Assembly (NCBI GenBank): GCA_965116155.1
Contig: OZ220488.1
Coordinates: 1,496,318-1,560,317 of the forward strand
Origin: Bdellovibrionales bacterium
GTDB taxonomy: Bacteria > Bdellovibrionota > Bdellovibrionia > Bdellovibrionales > UBA1609
Reading direction: 5' to 3'
Length of the DNA stretch: 64,000 bases
Both the position numbers and the translations under genes were made by a program. The notes under the pieces were generated by a model. That model made no database searches, was not told the DNA's origin, and saw only the letters and a list, made by a program, of their open reading frames with translations. Position 1 is the first letter of the stretch, and every line of letters begins with the position of its first letter. Below, piece by piece: positions 8,832 through 18,364 of the stretch.

Positions 8832-10097
8832 ATGCGAGCTCTAATAGTTTTGGTTTGTGCTTTAGGTCTTTTTGTGAGTGCAGGGTGTTCGGACAAACCT
8901 ACAAAAAAAGGTAGCACAGGCACGATTGCAGAGCCAAAGGGCTCAACAGAAGACGCGCCAGCAGAAGACAAAGCGGATTCAGCAAAAGAGGATAAGGAGC
9001 CTGAAGGCCCAGCGGAAACCAAACCAGTCCAACAAGAACCATCACAGGCCGAGCAAGAGCCGGCAGTATCGGTAGCTGCAGCAGCGGATGTGAAGGAAGC
9101 GCCTGAAAATGTGGATCAAAAGGCGGTTCAAATTTCCATGCCGGAGATCATGCCGGGCGAAATTGTGGGCGTGACTTCCTGTCGCGGGCTTTATTTTGCA
9201 GTGAGAGATAACAATGTGTCAGAAACAAAAAACTGGCTAAAACGTTGCAAGCCCTATCATGTAGTGCTCAAAAATGGAGCAACGCCTTTAATGGTAGCGG
9301 CGGCTTTGGGCAACCTTGAGATGGTGCAGATTCTATTAGATGAAGGCGCTAAGTTGCATAAGGAACAAAAAGGCTCCGCCGGTAAGGGTACGGCTTTAAC
9401 CTATGCATTAGCTAATGGGCATGTGGAAGTGGCTAAGTATTTGGTGCAAAAGGGAGCCTTAAAGGAAGCTGAGCTTCAGGTGCATGCCTATGATTTTCAA
9501 GATGATCAAGGCGGATGGAGTAATACTGGGTGGCATCAAATTTTGCGCCAAGAGGGTGAGGATAAGCTGGACCAAGAGGTTTTAAAAGCAGCAAAATTGG
9601 CTGGTTTGCCTGTAAGCGAAGGCGAGGGCTACGAGCCGGAATTTTTAAGCTGGCTTTTCCGTACTCGCCTTAGCAAGCGCTTTAGCCCCTTGGGGCATGT
9701 GTTGATTGCGGCATCTCGTGCAGGCCAAGTGGAGTCTGTGAAATTTTTAATGACCCACCACTATGAGCATTTGCGTAGAGTAGAAATGCTAGAGGCCTTT
9801 TATGCGGCACGTGCAGGTGCTAGCGCGTGCGATAGAGTTGCTTATTGGCCGTCTTTAGGTTTTAAAGAGCCGGCTGTGTCGCAAAAAGTGGAGCCATGTA
9901 ATGCGGCTCAAGGTGCTAGTCAGCCCCACAGGCGCGTAGAGGCAATGCTTATAGCTTTTTTATGGCAAAAGGATGAGCCTTTGGGCGCTTTGATAGTTGC
10001 TGTTGATGCGGCTGCGTTCACTTTAGGTATGGATTTTGGAGCTTTTGTTTATGAGTATACGCAATTAAGGAAGCAGCATTACCCTAGGAGCTTTTAA
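8832..10097 (+). CDS. ankyrin-repeat lipoprotein (421 aa)
   Basis: Lipobox LFVSAGC near the N-terminus, an acidic low-complexity linker, then ANK motifs (NGATPLMVAAALGNLEMVQILLDEGAKL; GTALTYALANGHVEVAKYLVQKGA). AAGGAG RBS lies upstream. Confidence 0.75.
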   Translation: MRALIVLVCALGLFVSAGCSDKPTKKGSTGTIAEPKGSTEDAPAEDKADSAKEDKEPEGPAETKPVQQEPSQAEQEPAVSVAAAADVKEAPENVDQKAVQISMPEIMPGEIVGVTSCRGLYFAVRDNNVSETKNWLKRCKPYHVVLKNGATPLMVAAALGNLEMVQILLDEGAKLHKEQKGSAGKGTALTYALANGHVEVAKYLVQKGALKEAELQVHAYDFQDDQGGWSNTGWHQILRQEGEDKLDQEVLKAAKLAGLPVSEGEGYEPEFLSWLFRTRLSKRFSPLGHVLIAASRAGQVESVKFLMTHHYEHLRRVEMLEAFYAARAGASACDRVAYWPSLGFKEPAVSQKVEPCNAAQGASQPHRRVEAMLIAFLWQKDEPLGALIVAVDAAAFTLGMDFGAFVYEYTQLRKQHYPRSF

Positions 10098-10112
10098 AAA
10101 AGGAGGCCACAT

Positions 10113-10790
10113 ATGTTTTTAAGATTTTTTTGTATTTTGTTTGTAAGTAGTGCTTTGGTGGCGGGTGGCCTTTTGGGTTGCTCGGATAAAGACAAATCTA
10201 AAAGACACACGCCCGATACTGTGCCGGCAGAAGAAACTCAACCTGACACTCAGGATCAAGATGATACTGCTTCGGATGAGGATGGTGCGGCTGACACTGC
10301 TGGTGTCGACATAGAGTTCGAAGCCAATTCTGCAGCCGTCGATCAAGGCTTTAAGGCTGCGGATTTTGACAGGCTTAAAAGATCTATTATTGGTGGTGAT
10401 GATGCTTTTGCGGTAGTGGCGGAGTTTTTAAAGCTTGGGGGAGACCCTAATTTGCATGAGCCCACAAGTGGCTATGGGCTTTTGCATATAGCGGCATATT
10501 CTTGCCGCACGGATGTGGCGCAGTTGCTGGTAGAGGCTGGGGCGAATTTAGAGGCTTACACGGCTTGTTGTGGAGGGCATACGCCCCTTATGGAGGCGGT
10601 GAGTAGTGGTTGTGCGCATACAAGTGAGGCGCTAATATCAGCGGGGGCTGATGTGCAGGCTGTAAGTACGGGCGAGGGTGTAGGGCCTGATGCTAAACAT
10701 TCGCGCAATTTGTACGACCTTGCCCGTGGTGCTCCCAGCAACCCTCAAATCTTAGACCTATTAAACATACACATAGGCCCAGCAAATTAA
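10113..10790 (+). CDS. ankyrin-repeat lipoprotein (225 aa)
   Basis: Lipobox GLLGC, an acidic linker, then ANK motifs (GYGLLHIAAYSCRTDVAQLLVEAGANL; HTPLMEAVSSGCAHTSEALISAGADV). Confidence 0.75.
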   Translation: MFLRFFCILFVSSALVAGGLLGCSDKDKSKRHTPDTVPAEETQPDTQDQDDTASDEDGAADTAGVDIEFEANSAAVDQGFKAADFDRLKRSIIGGDDAFAVVAEFLKLGGDPNLHEPTSGYGLLHIAAYSCRTDVAQLLVEAGANLEAYTACCGGHTPLMEAVSSGCAHTSEALISAGADVQAVSTGEGVGPDAKHSRNLYDLARGAPSNPQILDLLNIHIGPAN

Positions 10791-10797
10791 AGCGCTA

Positions 10798-10881
10798 GCC
10801 AAAACACCTCTTGTATGAAGCGCAGCCTGGTACAGCACCTTTGGTACACCAGGCAAGCGAAAAGGCAAGAGGTGTTTTGGC
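10798..10881. repeat. 84-nt three-tier hairpin (family H)
   Basis: Perfect 16-bp outer arms gccaaaacacctcttg / caagaggtgttttggc. Relatives at 37123-37205, 57047-57137 and inside each 239-bp unit at 47071-47787. Confidence 0.85.
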
Positions 10882-10900
10882 GGTCTATGCAGCCTCCGCA

Positions 10901-11039
10901 ACTGGCATATACTCTTGGGCCTCGGGTTAGCGCACAACCTTGGGTTCAATTAGCTGCCAATCCACCCAGTATCCTGCGTCACCAGATCTCATCCAATTAA
11001 GACTGGCGCGCTAAAATCGGCCCAAGAGTATATGCCAGT
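10901..11039. mobile_element. MITE-like 139-bp element with perfect 21-bp terminal inverted repeats
   Basis: actggcatatactcttgggcc (10901-10921) is the exact reverse complement of ggcccaagagtatatgccagt (11019-11039). No coding capacity. Confidence 0.5.
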
Positions 11040-11110
11040 CACAATGGCTGATTAGCAAGATAGTGCCAATTGCATGTTTGGTGCACCAAACAACCTCAAG
11101 GCCCTGCATG

Positions 11111-11440
11111 CGTAAGCATTAGAGTGCTAGTAAAATTCTCTGGGATTAAGCGACGCTATTATCGCAGCCTTCTGGAAGAAGGCGTCCGCGATAATAGCAA
11201 GCGTAGCTGAGAATTTTGCGGCCTATAAGGCTACTATAAGCCCGTACCCGCAAGTACGATTTCAGGTAAACTGAGGCAAACGCCGCCTGCGGCCGGGCTT
11301 TATTGGTCGCAAAAAAACCAGGCGTGACCTAAGCTGCCAGATTGGCTTAACGCCATGAACAACCTCTTGTATGAAGCTACTATGACCCTGTAGCGCAGGC
11401 CCGTAGCGACCACACCTACGTCAAAAAAGCCTTGTGTATA
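11111..11440. repeat. mosaic repeat block: module A + hairpin B + reverse-orientation copy of the 239-bp unit
   Basis: cgtaagcattagagtgctag, then hairpin B (11131-11219). After that, aagcccgtacccgcaagt..ccgggctttattg..caggcgtgacctaagctgccagatt..cttaacgccatg matches the reverse complement of the 47071-47787 unit. Confidence 0.8.
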
Positions 11441-11450
11441 GACAGCTATA

Positions 11451-12008
11451 CTATGAGGAGCCTAGCAGCTCCGTGCACTCTGCTATTCTGCCTGCTGCAG
11501 TATCATTATGCCCGCCGCCCTGGAGAATTAGGTTGCGCCTTATTAAGGCCTGGCTACTCGCGGCTTTGAACAGTGAGTAGCTATGTACAAAGAGGCCGGC
11601 TATCCCCGCCCTAAACGGAGCATGTATATGGTGGGTGAGTGTGCCCACAACCTCTCCGGTGTTTAAATTGATAATGGGAGAACCAATAGCAAAATCATAC
11701 ACAGGCCCTATTTCGGCGATATCCTGTCGCTCCCAAGCGCTCCACTCAAAACTATCACCTTTGATTTTGCGTATTAAAAAATCCTCTGCTGTAATTAGCC
11801 TGCCATCATTATGTAAAACAGCTATGGGTGTTTTTTTAAGCAGGGGCTCTTTTTGCAAGTCAAACCACCCATTTCCCCAGTGAATGCGATCCGGTGAGGG
11901 TTTTTTTGCGCTATCTATACCTGCAGGTGCGCTCTGTGCCACTACTAAAGCACTATTAAGCACCAAAACCAAACATCCACAAAAGGTCTTACGAATTTTT
12001 GAATACAT
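11451..12008 (-). CDS. hypothetical secreted protein (185 aa)
   Basis: ORF 11451..12020. The ATG at 12008 gives MYSKIRKTFCGCLVLVLNSALVVAQSA, which is signal-peptide-like. Divergent from the family-2 gene. No family recognised. Confidence 0.5.
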   Translation of the reverse strand: MYSKIRKTFCGCLVLVLNSALVVAQSAPAGIDSAKKPSPDRIHWGNGWFDLQKEPLLKKTPIAVLHNDGRLITAEDFLIRKIKGDSFEWSAWERQDIAEIGPVYDFAIGSPIINLNTGEVVGTLTHHIHAPFRAGIAGLFVHSYSLFKAASSQALIRRNLILQGGGHNDTAAGRIAECTELLGSS

Positions 12009-12073
12009 CACTCTCCACACTCCTTCTCACAATCTATTGGTCTATTCGTTCTACCTCTTGTATCATAAAAAGA

Positions 12074-14311
12074 ATGCGATTCAAGGCCTTTGTGGTAGTG
12101 GTGGCGATTGGGGTTATGGGCTGCAGCAGCGTGCGCGAGCGCGTGCCCCAACGCGTGCCCTCGTCGCAAGCCCAAGAGCAGCAAAATGCACAAATTCTGT
12201 TAGAGCGCCAATTTTTGCGGCAGCTTGCTAGTAGGGTAGAGATTGCAGTAGATGCGAACCGGTTTTTTTTAGAGCACTTGTACGCTTGTACACTCTACTA
12301 TAAGCAAAAGTCCATGCCGCCTGTTGAGTATTCAGAATATCTTTTAAGAGAGGTTCCAGATGCTATTGCGGCTAGCCGGATAAATTTGCAACTTAAGGAG
12401 TATTCTAAAAAAGAGGAGAATGCTTTAAAAAAACAGTGCCCTGCTTTGTTTTTGCATGTGGTGCAGATGGTGCAGAAAGTGCTGCCGGCAATTAAAGAGA
12501 GCCTAACTGTATATAGTGTGCTTAAAAAGCAAAGCATGGATCAGCTTTTTGACCTTATGCTACGTCAATTGCAGTACGAGTTTTTTAAAAAAACGGGGCA
12601 CAAGCTGCAGTATGCATATGCTAGCACATCGTCACATTATGGAGAGCCGCCACTGCATGCGACTCCATCTATGAAGTGGATGCAAAAAGAGTATAAGGTT
12701 GAAACATTTCAAAATCCTAAAAAGTTAGTTTTAGAGAGTTTAGATTTTTCGTTGCCTTTAAAAGCGGGTTCGCTTTCTGGCGTAGCAGGCCACACGGATG
12801 CATTTGCTCCTTTTGATGCATTTTATGGCATAGGGAGTGGGGAGATCGCGAGTTATGTAAAACATGTGGCTTTTACGGATAACAAACCCACACCACAAAG
12901 CACTGCCATTAGGCTAGGCGATGGCGAAGACGCATTCACACTTGAGGGTGTGCTTTCCGAACACGCATATGCCCCTAAGGCGATTAAAGAGTACTACAAG
13001 CGCTTTAATGATGCATTGTTTAATGGCCAACATAGTGGCGGAAAAAGCGTTTCTTGTGAGAGCTACCATGAAGCACTATTTGATTTCAGTGAGCGCCTCA
13101 CAACATACAAACCCAGAGCCTCTGAGCCTAAAAGAGCAACGGCAGACACAGCGCAAGCAAGAGAAAAATCCCGTAAAGAGGCCCAAGCCCATTGTGTTGG
13201 TGATGAAGAATCTGTTTATGCCGACCTCTACTTGAGCAAAGCAAATAACCAGGTAAAAAAATCCATTGAACTTTGGGATAATCTGGAGCTTCAGTATGAC
13301 AGTAGTGAGGTAGATGCGAGTAAGCACAAATATATTTTTAGGTTTGAGTTTTCAAAATTATCTAAATTATCAAAAGCAGAGCTAAAAAAGCTTTATTTAG
13401 CAGCTGCGGTGTTGAGGCATTTTTCGCGCCAGAGCTTGGACAGCATTATGCAAGCAGGCGAACGCGATGCCTCCCCGACCTCCCTTAAAGGATGGTGGTG
13501 GTATAAGTTTTATCATGCAAAACTTGCTTCTCTTGTACAAGGGGCTCCTTTTTTAGCTATGCTTAAACCCGCAACATTGCAACAGCTAGCAGTTTGGCAA
13601 GATCACTCTAACTGGAAGGGTTTAGATCCAAGTGCTTGGCGCGATATGGAAAGGGTGTTTTTTACTATGAGGTACAAGGGCCAAAAATTCTACAGTCGAG
13701 TTAAAGGTGACATCAAAACGCTTGATAAGAACCTTATGCAGTTTGGTGCGTTAGTTGACAGCGTGGCTGAAAACGGCGGCCCCCGAGATTTTTTACAAGA
13801 TACTGACATAACGCAAGTGGTGGAGGAATTAAAAGCGCAATACGAGAGCAAAATATCTAACAGGGAGATCCGAGCAGGTTTGGTTTTGCTGGGAGCTTGC
13901 TTGGCTCCGTTGGTGTGGGGGGCGGCGGGTAAATTACCTATATTAGGGAAAGTGGTACAAAGGCTTCGCGCTGCACCCAAGCTTATGGCACTTAAGCCTA
14001 AGGGTTTAGTGAAAGACCTGCTGCTTTGTGGTTTATCTTTTGACCTTGCGGTGTTCGTTGGTTGGTCGGCGTTTGTAGCGCATAACAGGGCTATGGTATT
14101 TAGTAGTTTTTTGTCTCAGGGCATAGTTATAAATGACAAGGGCAATGTGGAAAATGCTACTCTTACAAAGTATGCGGATTTTTCTGAAGCCCAAAAAGAG
14201 ATATTTTGGGAAACGGTGTTTGAGCTGGTAGGATTTTTTAGTATAAAGAGCACTAGCAAGGATTTAATGCGACGCCTGGGGGAAAACCTTTCTAAAGGAG
14301 CTACGCCTTGA
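12074..14311 (+). CDS. family-2 paralog a: large lipoprotein with C-terminal transmembrane segments (745 aa)
   Basis: ATG at 12074 gives MRFKAFVVVVAIGVMGCSS (lipobox). Hydrophobic stretches lie near the C-terminus (LVLLGACLAPLVWGAAG; LLLCGLSFDLAVFVGWSAFVA). Paralog of 32968..35094. Confidence 0.7.
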   Translation: MRFKAFVVVVAIGVMGCSSVRERVPQRVPSSQAQEQQNAQILLERQFLRQLASRVEIAVDANRFFLEHLYACTLYYKQKSMPPVEYSEYLLREVPDAIAASRINLQLKEYSKKEENALKKQCPALFLHVVQMVQKVLPAIKESLTVYSVLKKQSMDQLFDLMLRQLQYEFFKKTGHKLQYAYASTSSHYGEPPLHATPSMKWMQKEYKVETFQNPKKLVLESLDFSLPLKAGSLSGVAGHTDAFAPFDAFYGIGSGEIASYVKHVAFTDNKPTPQSTAIRLGDGEDAFTLEGVLSEHAYAPKAIKEYYKRFNDALFNGQHSGGKSVSCESYHEALFDFSERLTTYKPRASEPKRATADTAQAREKSRKEAQAHCVGDEESVYADLYLSKANNQVKKSIELWDNLELQYDSSEVDASKHKYIFRFEFSKLSKLSKAELKKLYLAAAVLRHFSRQSLDSIMQAGERDASPTSLKGWWWYKFYHAKLASLVQGAPFLAMLKPATLQQLAVWQDHSNWKGLDPSAWRDMERVFFTMRYKGQKFYSRVKGDIKTLDKNLMQFGALVDSVAENGGPRDFLQDTDITQVVEELKAQYESKISNREIRAGLVLLGACLAPLVWGAAGKLPILGKVVQRLRAAPKLMALKPKGLVKDLLLCGLSFDLAVFVGWSAFVAHNRAMVFSSFLSQGIVINDKGNVENATLTKYADFSEAQKEIFWETVFELVGFFSIKSTSKDLMRRLGENLSKGATP

Positions 14312-14447
14312 TGCTCAAGCGTGTTTTAGAGCCTCGGATTTTGCAAAGACTGCAAAATGAGAGGTCCTCTTGTTGTGGTTATATTTGCTGTTGATCTGGG
14401 AGGTTAAGCAGTAATATTTGTTGCTGCTGTTTTGTTGTGGGGCTTGT

Positions 14448-15602
14448 ATGGCAAAAGGTTTTAAAAAGATAGAAGTTATTGAAAGTAACAATATTGGCGC
14501 ATTTGTTTACCAGCGTGCAGGCCATGTTTTTCCTTTGCCAGATAAAAAAGATTTACGATCTCTAAAAAAGTTTGTTGAGAGCAAGGGGTTTTTAGCCAAA
14601 AAAGGCAAAGAGCTAAGCCTTATTAGAAACGCCCTTAAGTGGTCGAGCTCTCAATGGAAGCACAATGGCATGAATGAGCCTCCAAAGGGTGCGCGGGCTT
14701 TAGATATACTGAAAAATGTATTTACTAATAAAGCACAATACCGCTGTGTTGAGTACGGAATTGTTTTGGCTGAATTGTTGCAATCCTATGGGTTTATTAC
14801 TAGAACAGTGGGTCTTAAATCAAATGAAGTTGCCTATGGCGGGCCTGGCCAAGGGCATGTTGCAATGGAAGTATGGAGTAACGATTTAAATAAATGGATT
14901 TTTTTAGACCCTCAGTTTGGTACGTACCTTAGCTTTGATGACTCTATTTTAAATGTGCATGAGATATATGAACTAAAAAAAAGAAAAAAATGGCAAAGCA
15001 TAAAAGTGAAATCCCCTAAGAGGCTAAGCAAAAAGGAGCGGCGAGATTATAAAAAATTTTTAGTCAATTATTTTGGACTTATGTATGTATCTGATAATAA
15101 AGGTGCTGTGACTGCTCTTTTTCTTGAAACAAAGCTGCCCGTTTTAACTTTTCAAGGAATGGCTTTTTCAGCAGCAGTGGTTTTTACAGACAATCGAAAC
15201 GAAGTGTACCCTCAAATCAACAAAGTAGCTGTTTTTTTAGATTTTAAAGCAAAAGCTAAAAGTGCCAAAGAACAAGCCAAACTTTTTTGCAATTTAAGGA
15301 AAAAATTAAGCATTAAAACTAACGAGGATTATTTTAATAACAGGCACGCATTTAACGAGGGTTATTTAGATAGCATGCACGCATTTGCTCCAGAGCCGAA
15401 ATTCGCAGTAGAGCTTAAGAATAATATGCCTATGTTCTCTTTTTATGAGTATAGAACTTCAAGAAAAAATAATTGGAAAAAAATTAGTAAAAGCACATTT
15501 AATTGGTCTGCAGAAAATAAAACTAATCTGCTAGAAGTACGCGCAGTAAATGATTTTGACAGGCGGGGTCCTATTGCCTTCATTAAGCTGAGGTACAATT
15601 AG
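14448..15602 (+). CDS. transglutaminase-like (cysteine protease fold) domain protein
   Basis: Cys-His-Asp arrangement: YRCVEYGIVLAELLQSYG ... GHVAMEVW ... WIFLDPQ. A+T-rich by eye. Start is ATG 14448 or TTG 14418. Confidence 0.55.
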   Translation: MAKGFKKIEVIESNNIGAFVYQRAGHVFPLPDKKDLRSLKKFVESKGFLAKKGKELSLIRNALKWSSSQWKHNGMNEPPKGARALDILKNVFTNKAQYRCVEYGIVLAELLQSYGFITRTVGLKSNEVAYGGPGQGHVAMEVWSNDLNKWIFLDPQFGTYLSFDDSILNVHEIYELKKRKKWQSIKVKSPKRLSKKERRDYKKFLVNYFGLMYVSDNKGAVTALFLETKLPVLTFQGMAFSAAVVFTDNRNEVYPQINKVAVFLDFKAKAKSAKEQAKLFCNLRKKLSIKTNEDYFNNRHAFNEGYLDSMHAFAPEPKFAVELKNNMPMFSFYEYRTSRKNNWKKISKSTFNWSAENKTNLLEVRAVNDFDRRGPIAFIKLRYN

Positions 15603-15756
15603 TCGGCGTTAAAAAACTGCTTTTCGTTTAGCGTGGGAGGCACCGCCTTTGCGGTGTGTCCATAGACTGCCAAATGTGACGGCGCTCTAATAAAGCTTGT
15701 GCTGCTAACACTCTAATTGCGCCCTATTCATCTTAACCAAGCACATCCGGCTGCAG

Positions 15757-15820
15757 GCGCCTTTGACGGGAGTGTGGTCGCCTTGGGTCTATCGAACACC
15801 CAAGGCTACAGGCTCATAGA
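15757..15820. repeat. module C in reverse orientation
   Basis: gcgcctttgacgggagtgtggtcgccttgggtctatcgaacacccaaggctacaggctcatag is the reverse complement of the ctatgagcctgtagccttgg...cgtcaaagg consensus. A module-A-like ctaacactctaattgcg lies at ~15705. Confidence 0.8.
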
Positions 15821-15852
15821 TGCCGTATAGCCCAGAAAATTTTATTAGGCCT

Positions 15853-16746
15853 TTAATTTACTATATATTCTGAATGTTGGCCGTATTTAGGGTGGGGCTG
15901 GATGGCGCTTAAAAAATCTTGGCCTTTTTCTAAATCAAGCTGCAACAAGGTTTTAACCCTCTTAGCAGACAAGCTCTCTCTTAACATACGCACCACCGCT
16001 TGCCCATACCTCATATGAAACGAACCCACCACCAAAACCACCACATGCCGCGGGTGCGCCTTAGCAAAATTACCCACAAACCACGCCATAGTAGAGTCCT
16101 TTAAACTCTGCGCTAAAAAATACCTCCGCATCCACTTTTGTGCTTCAGCATCCGCAGTATCCGCATCAAAACCATGCCCAATATCGGACATCATTTTTTT
16201 AAACCGCTCCCAATACTCCTTAGAGCCTGGCTGAAAATTGGGCGGAATGAGCCGCCGCGCCTTAGCAGGCAAACCCTCCAACCCCAAGCGCGCCACCTGC
16301 GCCGCCAAAGGCCGCGGCGTGTTAGGAGCCAAGCTTGCACCCCCCACACTTAAAGGGTATCGCAACTGCACACCCCAACGCTCCAGCGAACGATCGCTCC
16401 AACCCACAGCCTCCTTAAAGGCCTCGTTATCTACCTCGCCACGCACCCACTGCGTTAAAATCTCCTGGTCTAAAAAATCCAAATGCTCTAGTGCAAAGCT
16501 CACCGTGCCCCCCAAGCGCCGTAAAAGTTCCCTTTGCTGCAATTGGTGCATCAAAACACCATGCGACTCACCCACCACCAAAACCGTACCCGGCACAACC
16601 GTGCTGATAAATTCTTCTAACTCTAAAAACCTACTTGCACCTGTATCGTACACACCATTAGCAAAAAACCCCGCCCCATAAGCAGTGCTTCCAAAACTCC
16701 AAAGTACAAACCAAAAAAACAAACGCATAAGGCAAAACCCCCGCAT
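15853..16746 (-). CDS. ChaN/Tiki-superfamily (DUF399) putative haem/iron-related periplasmic protein
   Basis: Signal peptide LFFWFVLWSFGSTAYGA. VLVVGESHG motif near the N-terminus and a late VVLVVGSFH, typical of the ChaN family. Confidence 0.55.
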   Translation of the reverse strand: MRGFCLMRLFFWFVLWSFGSTAYGAGFFANGVYDTGASRFLELEEFISTVVPGTVLVVGESHGVLMHQLQQRELLRRLGGTVSFALEHLDFLDQEILTQWVRGEVDNEAFKEAVGWSDRSLERWGVQLRYPLSVGGASLAPNTPRPLAAQVARLGLEGLPAKARRLIPPNFQPGSKEYWERFKKMMSDIGHGFDADTADAEAQKWMRRYFLAQSLKDSTMAWFVGNFAKAHPRHVVVLVVGSFHMRYGQAVVRMLRESLSAKRVKTLLQLDLEKGQDFLSAIQPHPKYGQHSEYIVN

Positions 16747-16864
16747 ATATTAGATTTATTAACACCACACCCTGCATACGCCCAATTAAATCACTGTTGC
16801 GACCTATACAGCTTACTCAATACGCTTGCACCCTCAACCCATACAAGGCACATTGCAATGCAAC

Positions 16865-18364
16865 ATGACTTTTTCTCCTCACGAACTCACAAAGCTCGCG
16901 CCAGGCCTTAAATGGCACGGGCCCCACTGCCGAGAGCCCATTACGGGACTAAGCATTAACACCCAAAGCATCAAAAAGGGCCATGTGTTTTTTGCCATAA
17001 AGGGCCACCACACCGATGGGCACCTGTATCTAAAACAAGCCATTCAAAAAGGCGCCTTTGCCCTAGTGGTGCAAGACCTTAAGCTCTTGCCCACCCGCAC
17101 CTCCGTACCTTACGCCCTGCACCCTCACCCACAAAAGCTTTGTGCCCAAATGTGCAAAGTGTTTTATAAAAACCCCACTCGAAATATGTTTTTAACCGGC
17201 ATCACAGGCACCAACGGCAAAACCACCACCGCCTATATTACCGAGCACTTACTGCGCGCGCACAAGCTGCGTACGGGAGCCATGGGCACAATTGACCACC
17301 ATTTTGAGCGCCACACTTGGCCCGCGCAAGGCTTAACCACTCCCAACTGCGTAGAGCTCCATAGGCGCATGGATCAAATGCAAAAACTCGGCGCAAAAGG
17401 CCTTGTGCTAGAAGCCTCAAGCCACGCTCTTAGCCAGCACCGCCTAGAAGCCCTGGAGTGGGACTGCTGTGTATTCACCAACCTCAGCCACGACCATTTG
17501 GATTACCACATAACACCCGAGGCCTACCTAAATGCCAAGGCTGAGCTTTTTAAGGGACTAGCATCTAGCGTCAAAGACCACCACCTTGCTGTGCTAAATG
17601 CCGATTGTGCTTTTGCACAAAAACTTTCACGCAGCCCCAATCTTGCTAAAATGCAAAAGCTGTATTTTGGCACCCATCCAAACGCCGACCTAAAGGTGCA
17701 AGTGTTAGCACAAAGCCTTAAAGGGCTGAGTTTTAGCCTCAAGTATCGTGGGGAGGTGTGTATGGTAAAAAACTTCCCCATGCTAGGCACACATAATGCC
17801 GCTAATGCTGCAGCTGCTGTAGCTGTAGGGCTTGCTAGGTTCCCTTTTGTCAGCCTTTGCAAGGAGCTAGAGAGTTTTACCCATGTGCCAGGGCGCATAG
17901 AAAACATCCCCCTACCCCAGCTGCCGTTTAAGGTTTTTATCGACTATGCCCATACCCCTCAGGCCCTTAGCATGGTGCTTAAAACACTGCGCCCCTTTGC
18001 TAAACGTTTGTTGTGTGTTTTTGGTTGCGGAGGGGAGCGCGACCCTTTAAAGCGCCCTCTAATGCTTAAGGCCTGTGCTGAGTACTGTGATACCATATTT
18101 ATAACCTCAGACAACCCCAGGGGTGAAGACCCTGAGCAAATTGTGCGCGGTATTCTAACGGCTAAGCACCACTGCAAAACCGCACCCATACTAGAGCCTG
18201 ACCGTGCCCGCGCCATACACTTGGCCTTGGACCATTGCAAGGCCCAAGACATTTTGCTCATTGCTGGTAAAGGGCACGAGGCGCACCAAATTATCAATAA
18301 CCAAAAAATTCCTTTCAGAGACGAAGATCCAGTGCGAAAATGGGCCCATGGCTTGCGCGCTTAA
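16865..18364 (+). CDS. murE: UDP-N-acetylmuramoyl-L-alanyl-D-glutamate--2,6-diaminopimelate ligase
   Basis: GITGTNGKTTTAY P-loop, LEASSHAL, DYAHTPQAL, and GCGGERDPLKRP...DNPRGEDP (DNPR motif). First ATG in the ORF is at 16865. Confidence 0.9.
   Translation: MTFSPHELTKLAPGLKWHGPHCREPITGLSINTQSIKKGHVFFAIKGHHTDGHLYLKQAIQKGAFALVVQDLKLLPTRTSVPYALHPHPQKLCAQMCKVFYKNPTRNMFLTGITGTNGKTTTAYITEHLLRAHKLRTGAMGTIDHHFERHTWPAQGLTTPNCVELHRRMDQMQKLGAKGLVLEASSHALSQHRLEALEWDCCVFTNLSHDHLDYHITPEAYLNAKAELFKGLASSVKDHHLAVLNADCAFAQKLSRSPNLAKMQKLYFGTHPNADLKVQVLAQSLKGLSFSLKYRGEVCMVKNFPMLGTHNAANAAAAVAVGLARFPFVSLCKELESFTHVPGRIENIPLPQLPFKVFIDYAHTPQALSMVLKTLRPFAKRLLCVFGCGGERDPLKRPLMLKACAEYCDTIFITSDNPRGEDPEQIVRGILTAKHHCKTAPILEPDRARAIHLALDHCKAQDILLIAGKGHEAHQIINNQKIPFRDEDPVRKWAHGLRA

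Noticed and set aside
11451-12008. Possible degenerate trypsin-like protease (GSPIINLNTGEVVG resembles the GDSGGP...NG.V.G region)
   Set aside because: The position equivalent to the catalytic Ser is not Ser, and no His or Asp motifs were evident. The resemblance is too weak to call.
11884-12231. ORF sharing ...ALVASPRAAKC..VRAPIFA with 32955-33137
   Set aside because: It is an alternate frame over the conserved 5' ends of the two family-2 genes, for the same reason as above.
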